Shown: positions 56,215 to 64,000 of the stretch, in pieces
Layout: every line of letters starts with the position of its first letter
Position numbering within the stretch: the first letter of the stretch is position 1
NCBI GenBank assembly: GCA_035531055.1
Contig: DATKTQ010000317.1
Span: 11,335 to 75,334 of the forward strand
Direction of reading: 5' to 3'
DNA from: Terracidiphilus sp.
GTDB lineage: Bacteria; Acidobacteriota; Terriglobia; Terriglobales; Acidobacteriaceae
DNA length: 64,000 nucleotides
Notes under the pieces: generated by a model
The model's input: only the letters and a program-made list of their open reading frames with translations
The model's database searches: none
Told to the model about the DNA's origin: nothing
Program-made: the position numbers and the translations under genes

Positions 56215-57000
56215 ATGGAAACGCCCGAAGTGAAGCAGTGCTGTGCGGCTTTTTACGGCAGCGATCTGGCAAAGATGCTGCTCGGGGAGAGCTTTCATCC
56301 CGGCGGCGCGCGGCTGACCGAGCGCCTGGGGCAGCTGCTTCAACTGGACGAGCGGTCGCACGTGCTCGAAGTGGCCTGCGGGCGCGGGACCAGCGCATTG
56401 CATCTTGCAGAGCGCTTTGGTTGCAGTGTTCTCGGGATCGACTTGAGTGCGGAAAATATTGCCGTTGCCGCGGAAGAGGCGGATCGACGCGGTTTGAACG
56501 AATCGGTGCAGTTCCAGCGGGGAGATGCGGAGTTAATTCCCGTGGAGGACACGAGCTTTGATGCGATTGTGTGTGAGTGCGCCTTTTGCACGTTTCCTGG
56601 CAAGCCGGTCGCGGCGCTGGAGTTTCACCGCGTATTGCGCCCGGGCGGGAGAGTGGGCCTGAGCGACCTGACGCGAACGCCTGCGCCCATTCCGGAGCTT
56701 GAGGGACTGCTGGCGTGGGTTGCCTGCATTGCGGATGCGCTGCCTGCCGAGCAGTACGCGGCCGTGCTGCAGGAAGCGAATTTCTTGGTGGAATCCGTCG
56801 AAGACCACAGCGAGGCCTTGGTGGAGATGGTGCGCCAGGTTCAGGGTCGCCTGCTGGGCGCGGAAGTGCTGGCAGGTCTGGAGCAGTTGAGCCTGCCCGG
56901 CGTAGACTTTGAAGCTGCGCGAAAGTTTGCGGAGGCCGCGCTGCGAGCCACGCGAGGGGGGGCGCTCGGGTACCTGGTCCTCATCGCAAGAAAGGCCTGA
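56215..57000 (+). CDS. class I SAM-dependent methyltransferase with conserved Cys pairs
   Basis: It starts 3 nt after the radical-SAM stop, with GAGG 6 nt upstream. SAM motif I is VLEVACGRGTS, with GIDLS, FQRGDAE and RVLRPGGRVGLSD. The N-terminus has KQCCAAFY and the core has IVCECAFCTF. Confidence 0.85.
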   Translation: METPEVKQCCAAFYGSDLAKMLLGESFHPGGARLTERLGQLLQLDERSHVLEVACGRGTSALHLAERFGCSVLGIDLSAENIAVAAEEADRRGLNESVQFQRGDAELIPVEDTSFDAIVCECAFCTFPGKPVAALEFHRVLRPGGRVGLSDLTRTPAPIPELEGLLAWVACIADALPAEQYAAVLQEANFLVESVEDHSEALVEMVRQVQGRLLGAEVLAGLEQLSLPGVDFEAARKFAEAALRATRGGALGYLVLIARKA

Positions 57001-57117
57001 TGCCGTCTCGCGGAGGGCTCCGGCCGGGTCTGGAGGCTTGAGTCGACTAATGGCAGCGGAACTGCGCTATCCTTGACGCGGCGAATCCAAGCCGCCTGAG
57101 TGCACACGGAGCCAGTG

Positions 57118-57597
57118 ATGGGCGAATACGCGCTGAATGTAAACGGAGAGAGCAAACGCGTGATTGCTCCCGCAGATGAGTCGCTGCTCTTTGTCCTGCG
57201 CAACCGGCTGGACCTGACAGGAACCAAGTATGGCTGCGGAGAGGGGCAGTGCGGAGCGTGTACCGTTCTGGTGGATGGAAACCCGGTTCACTCCTGCCTG
57301 ATCCCAGTGAGCTCCGCCACGCAGGGCAAGATTCTCACCATCGAGGGGCTGGAGCAGCATGGCGAGCTGACGCCGGTACAGAGGGCCTTCATGGAGGAAG
57401 GGGCATTCCAGTGCGGCTATTGCACGCCGGGCATGATTCTGCGAGCTACGGCATTATTGCGGGAGACGAAGAATCCGGCGGTCGAGCAGATTACGCATGC
57501 GATGAATGGCAATCTCTGCCGCTGCGGAACCTATCCGCGCATTGTGGCGGCTGTGCGGCTTGCTGCCAAGATTGCTGGTGAGGGAGGCGGCCGATGA
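57118..57597 (+). CDS. (2Fe-2S)-binding small subunit of a molybdopterin hydroxylase (IorA/aldehyde-oxidoreductase type)
   Basis: The plant-type cluster reads [12 protein letters not shown] and the second cluster reads [10 protein letters not shown]...CRCGTY. The ATG at 57118 follows GGAGCC. Confidence 0.9.
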   Translation: MGEYALNVNGESKRVIAPADESLLFVLRNRLDLTGTKYGCGEGQCGACTVLVDGNPVHSCLIPVSSATQGKILTIEGLEQHGELTPVQRAFMEEGAFQCGYCTPGMILRATALLRETKNPAVEQITHAMNGNLCRCGTYPRIVAAVRLAAKIAGEGGGR

Positions 57598-59747
57598 AAC
57601 TTGGAATAGATGGAGATTCGCTGTCTTCCGCTCAGAGTGGCGGAATGCCACAATTGGACCGGCGAAGTTTTCTCCAGATGCTCGGCGGTGGTTTGTTCGT
57701 CTGTCTCGTGCCATCTGGCGTGCCGGCGCAGGAATCCGGCCGGAACTTCGGCAGCCATGAACTGCCCAAGGATTTGAGCGCCTGGTTGCATATTGCCGCA
57801 GACGGGCAGGTGACCGTCTTCACCGGTAAGGTGGAAGTGGGCCAGAACATTCGCACCTCGCTGGCGCAACAGGTGGCGGAGGAGCTGCGTGTCCCGTTCG
57901 GCGCGATCAGCATGGTTATGGGAGATACGGATCGTGTGCCCTGGGACATGGGAACTTTCGGCAGTCGCACTACGCCCACCATGGGTCCGGAGCTTCGCAC
58001 CATGGCAGCCGCAGCTCGAGAGTTGCTGCTGCAGATGGCCGCCAAGCGCTGGCATGTGGACAGCGGCAGACTCACCGCGGATGACGGAAAAGTGACGGAA
58101 ACAGGGACGGCACGCTCGATTGGCTACGGCGAGCTGACGCGCGGAGAAAAGCTGGTGAAAGTCGTCTCCGGCGAGGAACGGCTGACGCCGGCTGCGGCGT
58201 GGAGGATTGCCGGCACGCCGGTGGCCAAGGCCGGCGGGCGCGACTTTGTTACGGGAAAGCACAAATTTCCTTCGGACATCGTTCGCCAGGGAATGCAGTT
58301 CGGCGCCGTGCTTCGTCCGAAAGAGTTCCATGCCACGCTCGCGTCTTTGGACACGAGTGCTGCGGAGCGGATCCCGAATGTGCATGTGGTGCGCGACGGT
58401 GAGTTCGTGGGCGTGGTTGCTCCGGATGCTTACACTGCGCAGCAGGCGGTGGCAGCCATCCGGGCCCGTTGGAATGTGCCCAGCCAGCCTTCCAACGAGG
58501 GGATCTTCGCATATCTGAAGAAGAAGGCGGAGGCTGAACCCGGCGGAAGTCCCGAAGTCGAGACCGGGTCTGTTGCGCAAGCTCAGGCAGGCGCGGCGGT
58601 CAAGCTGGAGGAGCACTACACGGTGCAGTACATTGCGCACTCGCCGCTGGAGCCGCGGGCCGCGGTGGCGGAGTGGACCGGCGAAAAGCTGACGGTGTGG
58701 ACGGGAACCCAACGGCCGTTTGGCGTGCGCGACGAGCTGATGGAGGCTTTCCATCTTGCTCCCGGACAGGTTCGCGTGATTCAGCCGGATATGGGCAGCG
58801 GCTACGGCGGCAAGCACACGGGTGAGGCTGCCGTGGAGGCGGCGCGGCTGGCCAGGGCTGCCGGCAAGCCCGTGAAAGTGGTGTGGACCCGCGAGGAGGA
58901 ATTCACCTGGGCATATTTTCGTCCGGCGGGGCTGATGGAACTTCGCGCGGGCGCAGGGCACGATGGGACGCTGATTGCCTGGGAGCACCATAACTACAAC
59001 TCCGGGGCGGCCGCAATTGGCACTCCCTACCAGGTTGAGAATCAGCTCATTCAGTATCATCCGTCCGACTCGCCTTTGCGCCAGGGTTCGTATCGCGCGC
59101 TCGCGGCCACGGCGAATAACTTTGCCCGCGAGTCCCACATGGACGCGATGGCGCACCAGCTCGGAATGGATCCGCTGGAGTTTCGTCTGAAGAATTTGAA
59201 AGATGCGCGCCTGCGAGCCGTGTTTGAAGCGGCGGCGGAGAAGTTCGGCTGGCATCGCGCGAAGTCTGGGCCGCAGCGGGGATATGGCATTGCGGGTGGT
59301 GCGGACAAGGGCGGTTACATGGCTACGTGTGCCGAGATCGCCATTGATCCGACGGCAAAGACAATGCGCATTGTGCGTATGGTGCAGGCCTGGGAGTCCG
59401 GCGCTGTCGTCAACCCGGATGGGCTGCGGAATCAGGTGATGGGGGCGATGGTGCAAGGCATTGGAGGCGCTCTGTTTGAGCAGATTCTCTTTGCCGATGG
59501 GCGCATCCTGAATCCGCATTTTGCGGAGTATCGTCTGCCCCGCTTCCAGGACACTCCTCACATTGAAGTGGTGCTGCTGGACCGCAAAGACCTGCCTTCG
59601 GCCGGCGCGGGAGAGACCGGCCTCATTGGTGTGGCGCCGGCGGTGGGCAACGCCCTCTTTGCGGCGACGGGCTTCCGCGCGTGCCACCTGCCGATGGCGC
59701 CCAAGGCGCCCGCGCCGGGCATGGCGGCCCCGCCCTTCCAAAGTTGA
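57594..59747 (+). CDS. molybdopterin-binding large subunit (isoquinoline 1-oxidoreductase beta / aldehyde oxidoreductase type) with Tat signal
   Basis: ATGA overlap with the small subunit gene. The Tat motif reads [34 protein letters not shown] and [18 protein letters not shown] are typical of the xanthine-dehydrogenase-family Mo subunit. Confidence 0.9.
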   Translation: MKLGIDGDSLSSAQSGGMPQLDRRSFLQMLGGGLFVCLVPSGVPAQESGRNFGSHELPKDLSAWLHIAADGQVTVFTGKVEVGQNIRTSLAQQVAEELRVPFGAISMVMGDTDRVPWDMGTFGSRTTPTMGPELRTMAAAARELLLQMAAKRWHVDSGRLTADDGKVTETGTARSIGYGELTRGEKLVKVVSGEERLTPAAAWRIAGTPVAKAGGRDFVTGKHKFPSDIVRQGMQFGAVLRPKEFHATLASLDTSAAERIPNVHVVRDGEFVGVVAPDAYTAQQAVAAIRARWNVPSQPSNEGIFAYLKKKAEAEPGGSPEVETGSVAQAQAGAAVKLEEHYTVQYIAHSPLEPRAAVAEWTGEKLTVWTGTQRPFGVRDELMEAFHLAPGQVRVIQPDMGSGYGGKHTGEAAVEAARLARAAGKPVKVVWTREEEFTWAYFRPAGLMELRAGAGHDGTLIAWEHHNYNSGAAAIGTPYQVENQLIQYHPSDSPLRQGSYRALAATANNFARESHMDAMAHQLGMDPLEFRLKNLKDARLRAVFEAAAEKFGWHRAKSGPQRGYGIAGGADKGGYMATCAEIAIDPTAKTMRIVRMVQAWESGAVVNPDGLRNQVMGAMVQGIGGALFEQILFADGRILNPHFAEYRLPRFQDTPHIEVVLLDRKDLPSAGAGETGLIGVAPAVGNALFAATGFRACHLPMAPKAPAPGMAAPPFQS

Positions 59748-60055
59748 ACTCTCCAGCCAGGCAAAAGGACTGACCCCTGCCCTGCACAGGAGCCCGTTTT
59801 GGCCAGTGGGATCTCCTGCGCGCTTGCAGGGCGGCTGGGCAGAAATTGGCCTATGGATTCCCCCATGCAAGTGGTATCTTCAAATCAATCCCGGGCGTGC
59901 ATTCAATCCAGGGATTTCTCTTCGACCGAATCAACAGCTTAGGAAGTTGTACTTTCTGGCCTTTGGCGCAGGCGGACTTTTGTATCTATGCACAGGCCTG
60001 CCGAGGCGCTCGAGGGCCCTACACAGATCGGGGACGGAACGCGGAGGAGACGCGC

Positions 60056-62716
60056 ATGAGCCAGGCGGGGGAAGCAGGCCAAGGCAGTCATGTCCTGACG
60101 CTGGAAGAAGTCAAGAATCTGACGCAGGACGGGAGCAAGCCCGCGGACACACTGATGAACGTGGTCGCGCTGATTGCCAACCGCTTCAGAACCGATGTGT
60201 GTTCCGCCTATCTGCTGGAGCCGGACCGGTCGAATCTGGTGCTGGCGGCGACTCTCGGGCTGCACCCCAGTTGCGTGGGGCGTCTACGCATGCCACTCAA
60301 CGAGGGGCTGGCCGGCCTGGTGGCGGAACAGGTGATGCCGGTAGCCGTTGGGGATGCCCGCAATCACCCACGCTTCAAGTTTTTCAAGGAGTCGGGCGAA
60401 GAGGAGTACCACTCGTTCCTCGGCGTCCCGCTCATCCATCGCGGCATTCTGCAGGGCGTATTGATTGTGCAAACCAAGGAGGCCCGCCTGTTTCAGGAGG
60501 AAGAGATACGGATGCTGAGCGAAGCCGCCGCACAGGTGGCGCCGGTGGTGAGTGAAGCACGAACGCTCGATCGTTTTATCGCGCCGGTGCAGGAGCGCCT
60601 GTGGTCGCTGGCGCAGAATCTGTGGTGGAGTTGGGACCAGGATTGCGTCAGCATTTTTCGCGATCTGAACCCGGTGCGCTGGCGGCAGCTGAACCAGAAT
60701 CCCATCTCGCTGCTGAGTGAAATTCCCCTTGGCGAAATTGAGCTGCGCGCCGCGGAACTGGCCCTGCATAGCCGCATCAATTATGTCTACCGCCGCCAGC
60801 AGGAATACCTGCACGAGGACCGCACCTGGGGCGCCGAGCACGCGGGTGTACTGCGACCGCGGCCGGTGGCGTACTTCTCGGCGGAGTTCGGCCTGCACGA
60901 GTCGCTGCCCATCTACTCCGGAGGGCTTGGCGTGCTGGCCGGTGATCACATCAAGAGCGCTTCCGACCTGGACATTCCACTGGTTGGCATTGGGTTGTTT
61001 TACGGCCAGGGATACTTCCTTCAGCGACTGGATGCAAGCGGCTGGCAACGCGAGGAGTACTTGCACACGGATGTGAGCCGCTGTCCCATGCAGCCGGCCA
61101 TTGGAACAAACGGCGAGCCGGTTGCGTTGGAGATTCAGACTCGGAGCGGCTGCATCCGGGCAAAGGTGTGGAGCGTCAAAGTAGGCCGGTGTGACCTGCT
61201 GCTTCTGGACTCGAACGTGGCGGGCAACGCGCCGGAAGACCGCGAACTGACATCGCGCCTTTATGGCGGCGACGGACGCACGCGCATTCGCCAGGAGCTG
61301 TTGTTGGGAGTGGGCGGATTCCGTGCGCTGAGGGCGATGGGGATTTTTCCCGGAGTGCTGCACCTGAATGAGGGGCACAGCGGGTTTGCTGTGCTGGAGG
61401 CCGTTCGCAGCCGCATGCAGGACGAAGGCCTGGACTTTGAAACCGCGGCGGGTCAGGTGCCTCGCGAAGTGATTTTCACCACCCACACGCCGGTGCCGGC
61501 AGGGCACGACCGCTTCAGCGCAGACCTGCTTGAGGAGCATCTGGGACCGCTGCGCGACGAACTCGGAATTTCCCACGAGAACTTGATGGGTTTTGGCCGC
61601 GTGAACTCCACGGATCCGCAAGAGCAGTTCTGCATGACGGTTCTCGGCCTCAAGCTTTCGCGGCGCGCCAACGCGGTTTCGTCGTTGCACGGCGAAGTGT
61701 CGCGGGCCATGTGGTGGGATTTGTATCCGGGCAAGTCGCAGGATGCGGTTCCCATTGGGCACATCACCAATGGGGTGCATGTTCCGTCCTGGCTGGCGCC
61801 GCAGATGGGCCGCCTGTACGACCGTCACCTGGGTGTGGGATGGCAGACAAACAGTGGGGCCGCGCGCACCTGGGAGGGAATTGAGAGCGTGAACGACGGC
61901 GAGCTGTGGGAGACGCACCTGACCCTGAAGGCTCGGCTCATCGAGTTTGCGCGTCGCCGTGCGCGCGAGCAGGCTGAGCGGCGTGGTGAGTCGGAAGAGT
62001 CCCTCGCCAAGCTGAGCCGGATCTTCTCTCCAGACGCATTGACCATCGGCTTTGCGCGCCGATTCGCCACCTATAAGCGCGCCAACCTGGTTCTTGCCGA
62101 TTTGGTCCGGCTGGCCTCCATGGTGAATGATCCCAAGCGGCCGGTGCAGTTTGTCTTTGCCGGCAAGGCGCATCCGCACGATGAACCGGGCAAGCGCGTC
62201 CTCCAGCAAATTGCGGAGATGATGCGCGATGCCGAGTTTGCCGATAAGTTTGTCTTCATTGAGGATTACGACATCAACGTGGGCCGCTTCCTGGTGCAGG
62301 GAGTGGACGTGTGGCTGAACAATCCACGCCGGCCCCTGGAGGCTTCGGGCACCAGCGGGCAAAAGGTGGTGCTCAACGGCGGTCTCAATCTGTCGGTTCT
62401 GGACGGATGGTGGGCGGAGGCCTACGACGGCTTCAACGGCTTTGCCATTGGCAATGGCCGGACCCACTCCAATATGGATGTGCATGACAGCCGGGATGGC
62501 GAGGACCTGTATCGGGTGCTGCAGAATGAATTGATTCCGCTGTACTACAACCGAGACCAGGATGGGCTGCCGCGCGGATGGGTAAAGCGCATGAAGCGCA
62601 CCATCCGCACGCTGGGATGGCGCTTCAACGCGGACCGCATGGTGATGGATTACACGCGGAAGTGCTACATTCCGGCTGCCGGCGGCACATCGAGCGAGAT
62701 TAACCAGCCCTGTTGA
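60056..62716 (+). CDS. alpha-glucan (glycogen/maltodextrin) phosphorylase, GT35, with N-terminal GAF domain
   Basis: The ATG at 60056 follows GGAGGAGA. Residues 20-190 read as a GAF domain (TDVCSAYLLEPD...LGVPLIHRGILQGVLIVQT). The DUF3417-type segment NLWWSWDQD and a GT35 core follow. The PLP-lysine context reads EASGTSGQKVVLNGG. Confidence 0.9.
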   Translation: MSQAGEAGQGSHVLTLEEVKNLTQDGSKPADTLMNVVALIANRFRTDVCSAYLLEPDRSNLVLAATLGLHPSCVGRLRMPLNEGLAGLVAEQVMPVAVGDARNHPRFKFFKESGEEEYHSFLGVPLIHRGILQGVLIVQTKEARLFQEEEIRMLSEAAAQVAPVVSEARTLDRFIAPVQERLWSLAQNLWWSWDQDCVSIFRDLNPVRWRQLNQNPISLLSEIPLGEIELRAAELALHSRINYVYRRQQEYLHEDRTWGAEHAGVLRPRPVAYFSAEFGLHESLPIYSGGLGVLAGDHIKSASDLDIPLVGIGLFYGQGYFLQRLDASGWQREEYLHTDVSRCPMQPAIGTNGEPVALEIQTRSGCIRAKVWSVKVGRCDLLLLDSNVAGNAPEDRELTSRLYGGDGRTRIRQELLLGVGGFRALRAMGIFPGVLHLNEGHSGFAVLEAVRSRMQDEGLDFETAAGQVPREVIFTTHTPVPAGHDRFSADLLEEHLGPLRDELGISHENLMGFGRVNSTDPQEQFCMTVLGLKLSRRANAVSSLHGEVSRAMWWDLYPGKSQDAVPIGHITNGVHVPSWLAPQMGRLYDRHLGVGWQTNSGAARTWEGIESVNDGELWETHLTLKARLIEFARRRAREQAERRGESEESLAKLSRIFSPDALTIGFARRFATYKRANLVLADLVRLASMVNDPKRPVQFVFAGKAHPHDEPGKRVLQQIAEMMRDAEFADKFVFIEDYDINVGRFLVQGVDVWLNNPRRPLEASGTSGQKVVLNGGLNLSVLDGWWAEAYDGFNGFAIGNGRTHSNMDVHDSRDGEDLYRVLQNELIPLYYNRDQDGLPRGWVKRMKRTIRTLGWRFNADRMVMDYTRKCYIPAAGGTSSEINQPC

Positions 62717-62855
62717 GGCAGTTTCCATGGTCGATTCTCACGGGTCCGGACCGCGGATCTGGCCGCGAGACCCGGCCGTCGGAGGGTGTGATCTAAATCA
62801 CTCTTTCCTTGGAGTGAGAAGTGCATACTAGGAACCAAGCTGGTATGGTTTCGCT

Positions 62856-63218
62856 ATGGCCCTGGGGAAAAAAGCCGGATTCCTGCTACTGGTTGCCGTC
62901 GTCCTGTCGGCCACCACTCCGGTCTTTGCCTGCCTGCCGCTTTGCCCACACAGATCCATGCCCGCATGTTGCCGCGGTATGGTCCGCGAGTGCGGTCCTG
63001 CCGGCACGGGAGCAAGTCGCTCCTGCTGTCAGGCGCGTTCCGAAAACGCGCTGCTGGGCACTGTTCCTCCTCGCTTGATGGAGCACAACCAGGCGCTTAT
63101 GATCACGCTGCACGTTGCGGATCTGTTGATCGCGAGCACCTCGGACGAAGTGTTCATTTCCGATCGAGTCCTACCACCCAAGGCCCCACCGGGCACACTT
63201 TCCATCCTTCGCATTTAG
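62856..63218 (+). CDS. small exported/anchored Cys-rich protein upstream of the efflux outer-membrane factor
   Basis: 120 codons with good GC3 bias. The hydrophobic N-terminus reads KKAGFLLLVAVVLSATTPVFA. The Cys-rich segment reads CLPLCPHRSMPACCRGMVRECGPAGTGASRSCC. I see no clear SD and recognise no family. Confidence 0.5.
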   Translation: MALGKKAGFLLLVAVVLSATTPVFACLPLCPHRSMPACCRGMVRECGPAGTGASRSCCQARSENALLGTVPPRLMEHNQALMITLHVADLLIASTSDEVFISDRVLPPKAPPGTLSILRI

Positions 63219-63322
63219 TTTCTCTCCTTCCTTAGCCGCTTTTGGGCCCCGGAGTGTTCGTCTGCGCGTTGCAGCTGCGTGCTCCTTGCCGGGTCTTCCG
63301 TCGGTACTCATTGGAGAGAGGC

Positions 63323-64000
63323 ATGAAATCTGTCATTTTGTTCTTCTTCTGCATTCTTTTGTGTGGAGGCAGCCAGTTGCATGCGCAAAGCCCCGCTGGT
63401 CCGGTGGCCCTGCCAGGCGGCAGGGTACTGCTGCAAATACATGCGCAAGCTGATTCGTTCGTCCCGCCCTTGACGCTGGAGGAAGCGGAGCGGAAGGCCC
63501 TTGCCGCCAATCCAGAGATTGCGGTTTCCGTGCGCCGCGTGGCTGTGGCGCGCGCCCATGTTCCCGCTGCCGGAGCGCTTGAAGATCCCACCGCAATGTA
63601 TCGCGCATGGGGTATTCCTCTGCAGAAGCCGTGGAACCTGAACGACGCGCAGAATATGTTCAGCATTTCCCAGGAACTGCCGGGACCGGGCAAGCGCGGC
63701 CTGCGCACGAATATTGCCGAATCTGATTTGTCCATTGCGCAAGACGATCTGGCCGAAACGCGCCTGCAGGTGCGGGTTGCGGTGCGCAAGGCTTTTGATG
63801 ATCTGCTGCGCGCGCAGGAGGAACTGCGCATTCATGACGAGCACGTAGGAATTGCTCATCAGGCAATTGAGGCGGCGCGCATCAAGTACGCCGTCGGCAA
63901 GGTTCCTCAGCAGGACATTCTCAAAGCTCAGGTTGCCTTAACACGGCTTGAGGAGCACATGATCCGCTTCGATCGGGACGCGGAGGTGGCACAGGCGCGC
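63323..64000 (+). CDS. TolC/CzcC-family outer-membrane efflux protein (5' part, runs off the window)
   Basis: Not in the ORF track because no stop is reached. The ATG at 63323 follows GGAGAGAGG. The translation MKSVILFFFCILLCGGSQLHAQ...LTLEEAERKALAANPEIAVSVRRVAVARAHV...AIEAARIKYAVGKVPQQDILKAQVAL is the typical OEP repeat pattern. Confidence 0.8.
   Translation, partial: MKSVILFFFCILLCGGSQLHAQSPAGPVALPGGRVLLQIHAQADSFVPPLTLEEAERKALAANPEIAVSVRRVAVARAHVPAAGALEDPTAMYRAWGIPLQKPWNLNDAQNMFSISQELPGPGKRGLRTNIAESDLSIAQDDLAETRLQVRVAVRKAFDDLLRAQEELRIHDEHVGIAHQAIEAARIKYAVGKVPQQDILKAQVALTRLEEHMIRFDRDAEVAQAR

Noticed and set aside
57001-57117. Moco-riboswitch-like GCCUCC... segment upstream of the molybdoenzyme genes
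   Set aside because: The only resemblance (GCCTCCAGACCCGG) is on the minus strand, which is antisense to iorA transcription. The rest of the motif is absent.
57531-59870. 779-aa ORF on the minus strand
   Set aside because: Antisense shadow of the molybdopterin large-subunit gene, with the same low-complexity Arg/His/Pro composition.
60284-62728. 814-aa ORF on the minus strand
   Set aside because: Antisense to the GAF-glucan phosphorylase gene. It is Arg/His/Gln/Ala-rich, has no motifs, and has no independent start context.
1-64000. Search for CRISPR arrays, IS elements, integrases, phage or defence-island genes, and rRNA
   Set aside because: I saw no regularly spaced direct repeats. I saw no transposase, integrase or recombinase-like translations and no terminal inverted repeats flanking any block. 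The only stable RNA gene I could fold is tRNA-Ala. The window looks like core chromosome.

Overview
GC-rich chromosomal segment with strong GC3 codon bias. I support about 56 protein-coding genes and one tRNA. I found no rRNA, CRISPR array, transposase, integrase or phage-like genes. My impression from the protein sequences is an Acidobacteria-like (Terriglobia-type) genome. That is a recollection-based guess, not a search result.

Gene content is mostly housekeeping:
- Phospholipid head-group genes: psd tail and pssA.
- Nucleotide and one-carbon metabolism: purH, a split metH, metK and nrdJ.
- A leucine-catabolism block (carboxyltransferase, acyl-CoA dehydrogenase, HMG-CoA lyase, enoyl-CoA hydratase) with a convergent scoAB.
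- An ECF sigma / anti-sigma module.
- rnc followed by two tandem lepB genes, then an AsmA-family gene.
- A membrane H+-pyrophosphatase, a GH92 glycosidase and an IorAB-type molybdoenzyme.
- A GAF-fused alpha-glucan phosphorylase.
- The start of an outer-membrane efflux (TolC/CzcC-like) operon.

Most long ORFs in the six-frame track are antisense or off-frame shadows of these genes, as expected at this GC content.

The most interesting items:
1. A translationally coupled pair at 54623-57000: a multi-cluster radical-SAM protein (rubredoxin-like Cys4, an extra CX3CX2CX7C, the CX3CX2C core and a Cys-rich C-terminus) plus a Cys-pair-bearing class I methyltransferase. The radical-SAM architecture reminds me of tetraether / membrane-spanning lipid synthases.
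2. An exported alpha-carbonic-anhydrase homologue in which two of the three zinc histidines and the proton-shuttle histidine are replaced.
3. An aspartate-semialdehyde-dehydrogenase-like protein that lacks the nucleophilic cysteine, sitting behind psd-pssA.
4. An anti-sigma factor with a TonB-C-like periplasmic domain.
5. A structured 250-nt metK leader with mutually exclusive pairings.
6. A small Cys-rich exported protein in front of the efflux outer-membrane factor.

All family assignments come from motifs I can read in the translations plus memory of the families. None has been confirmed by a database search.
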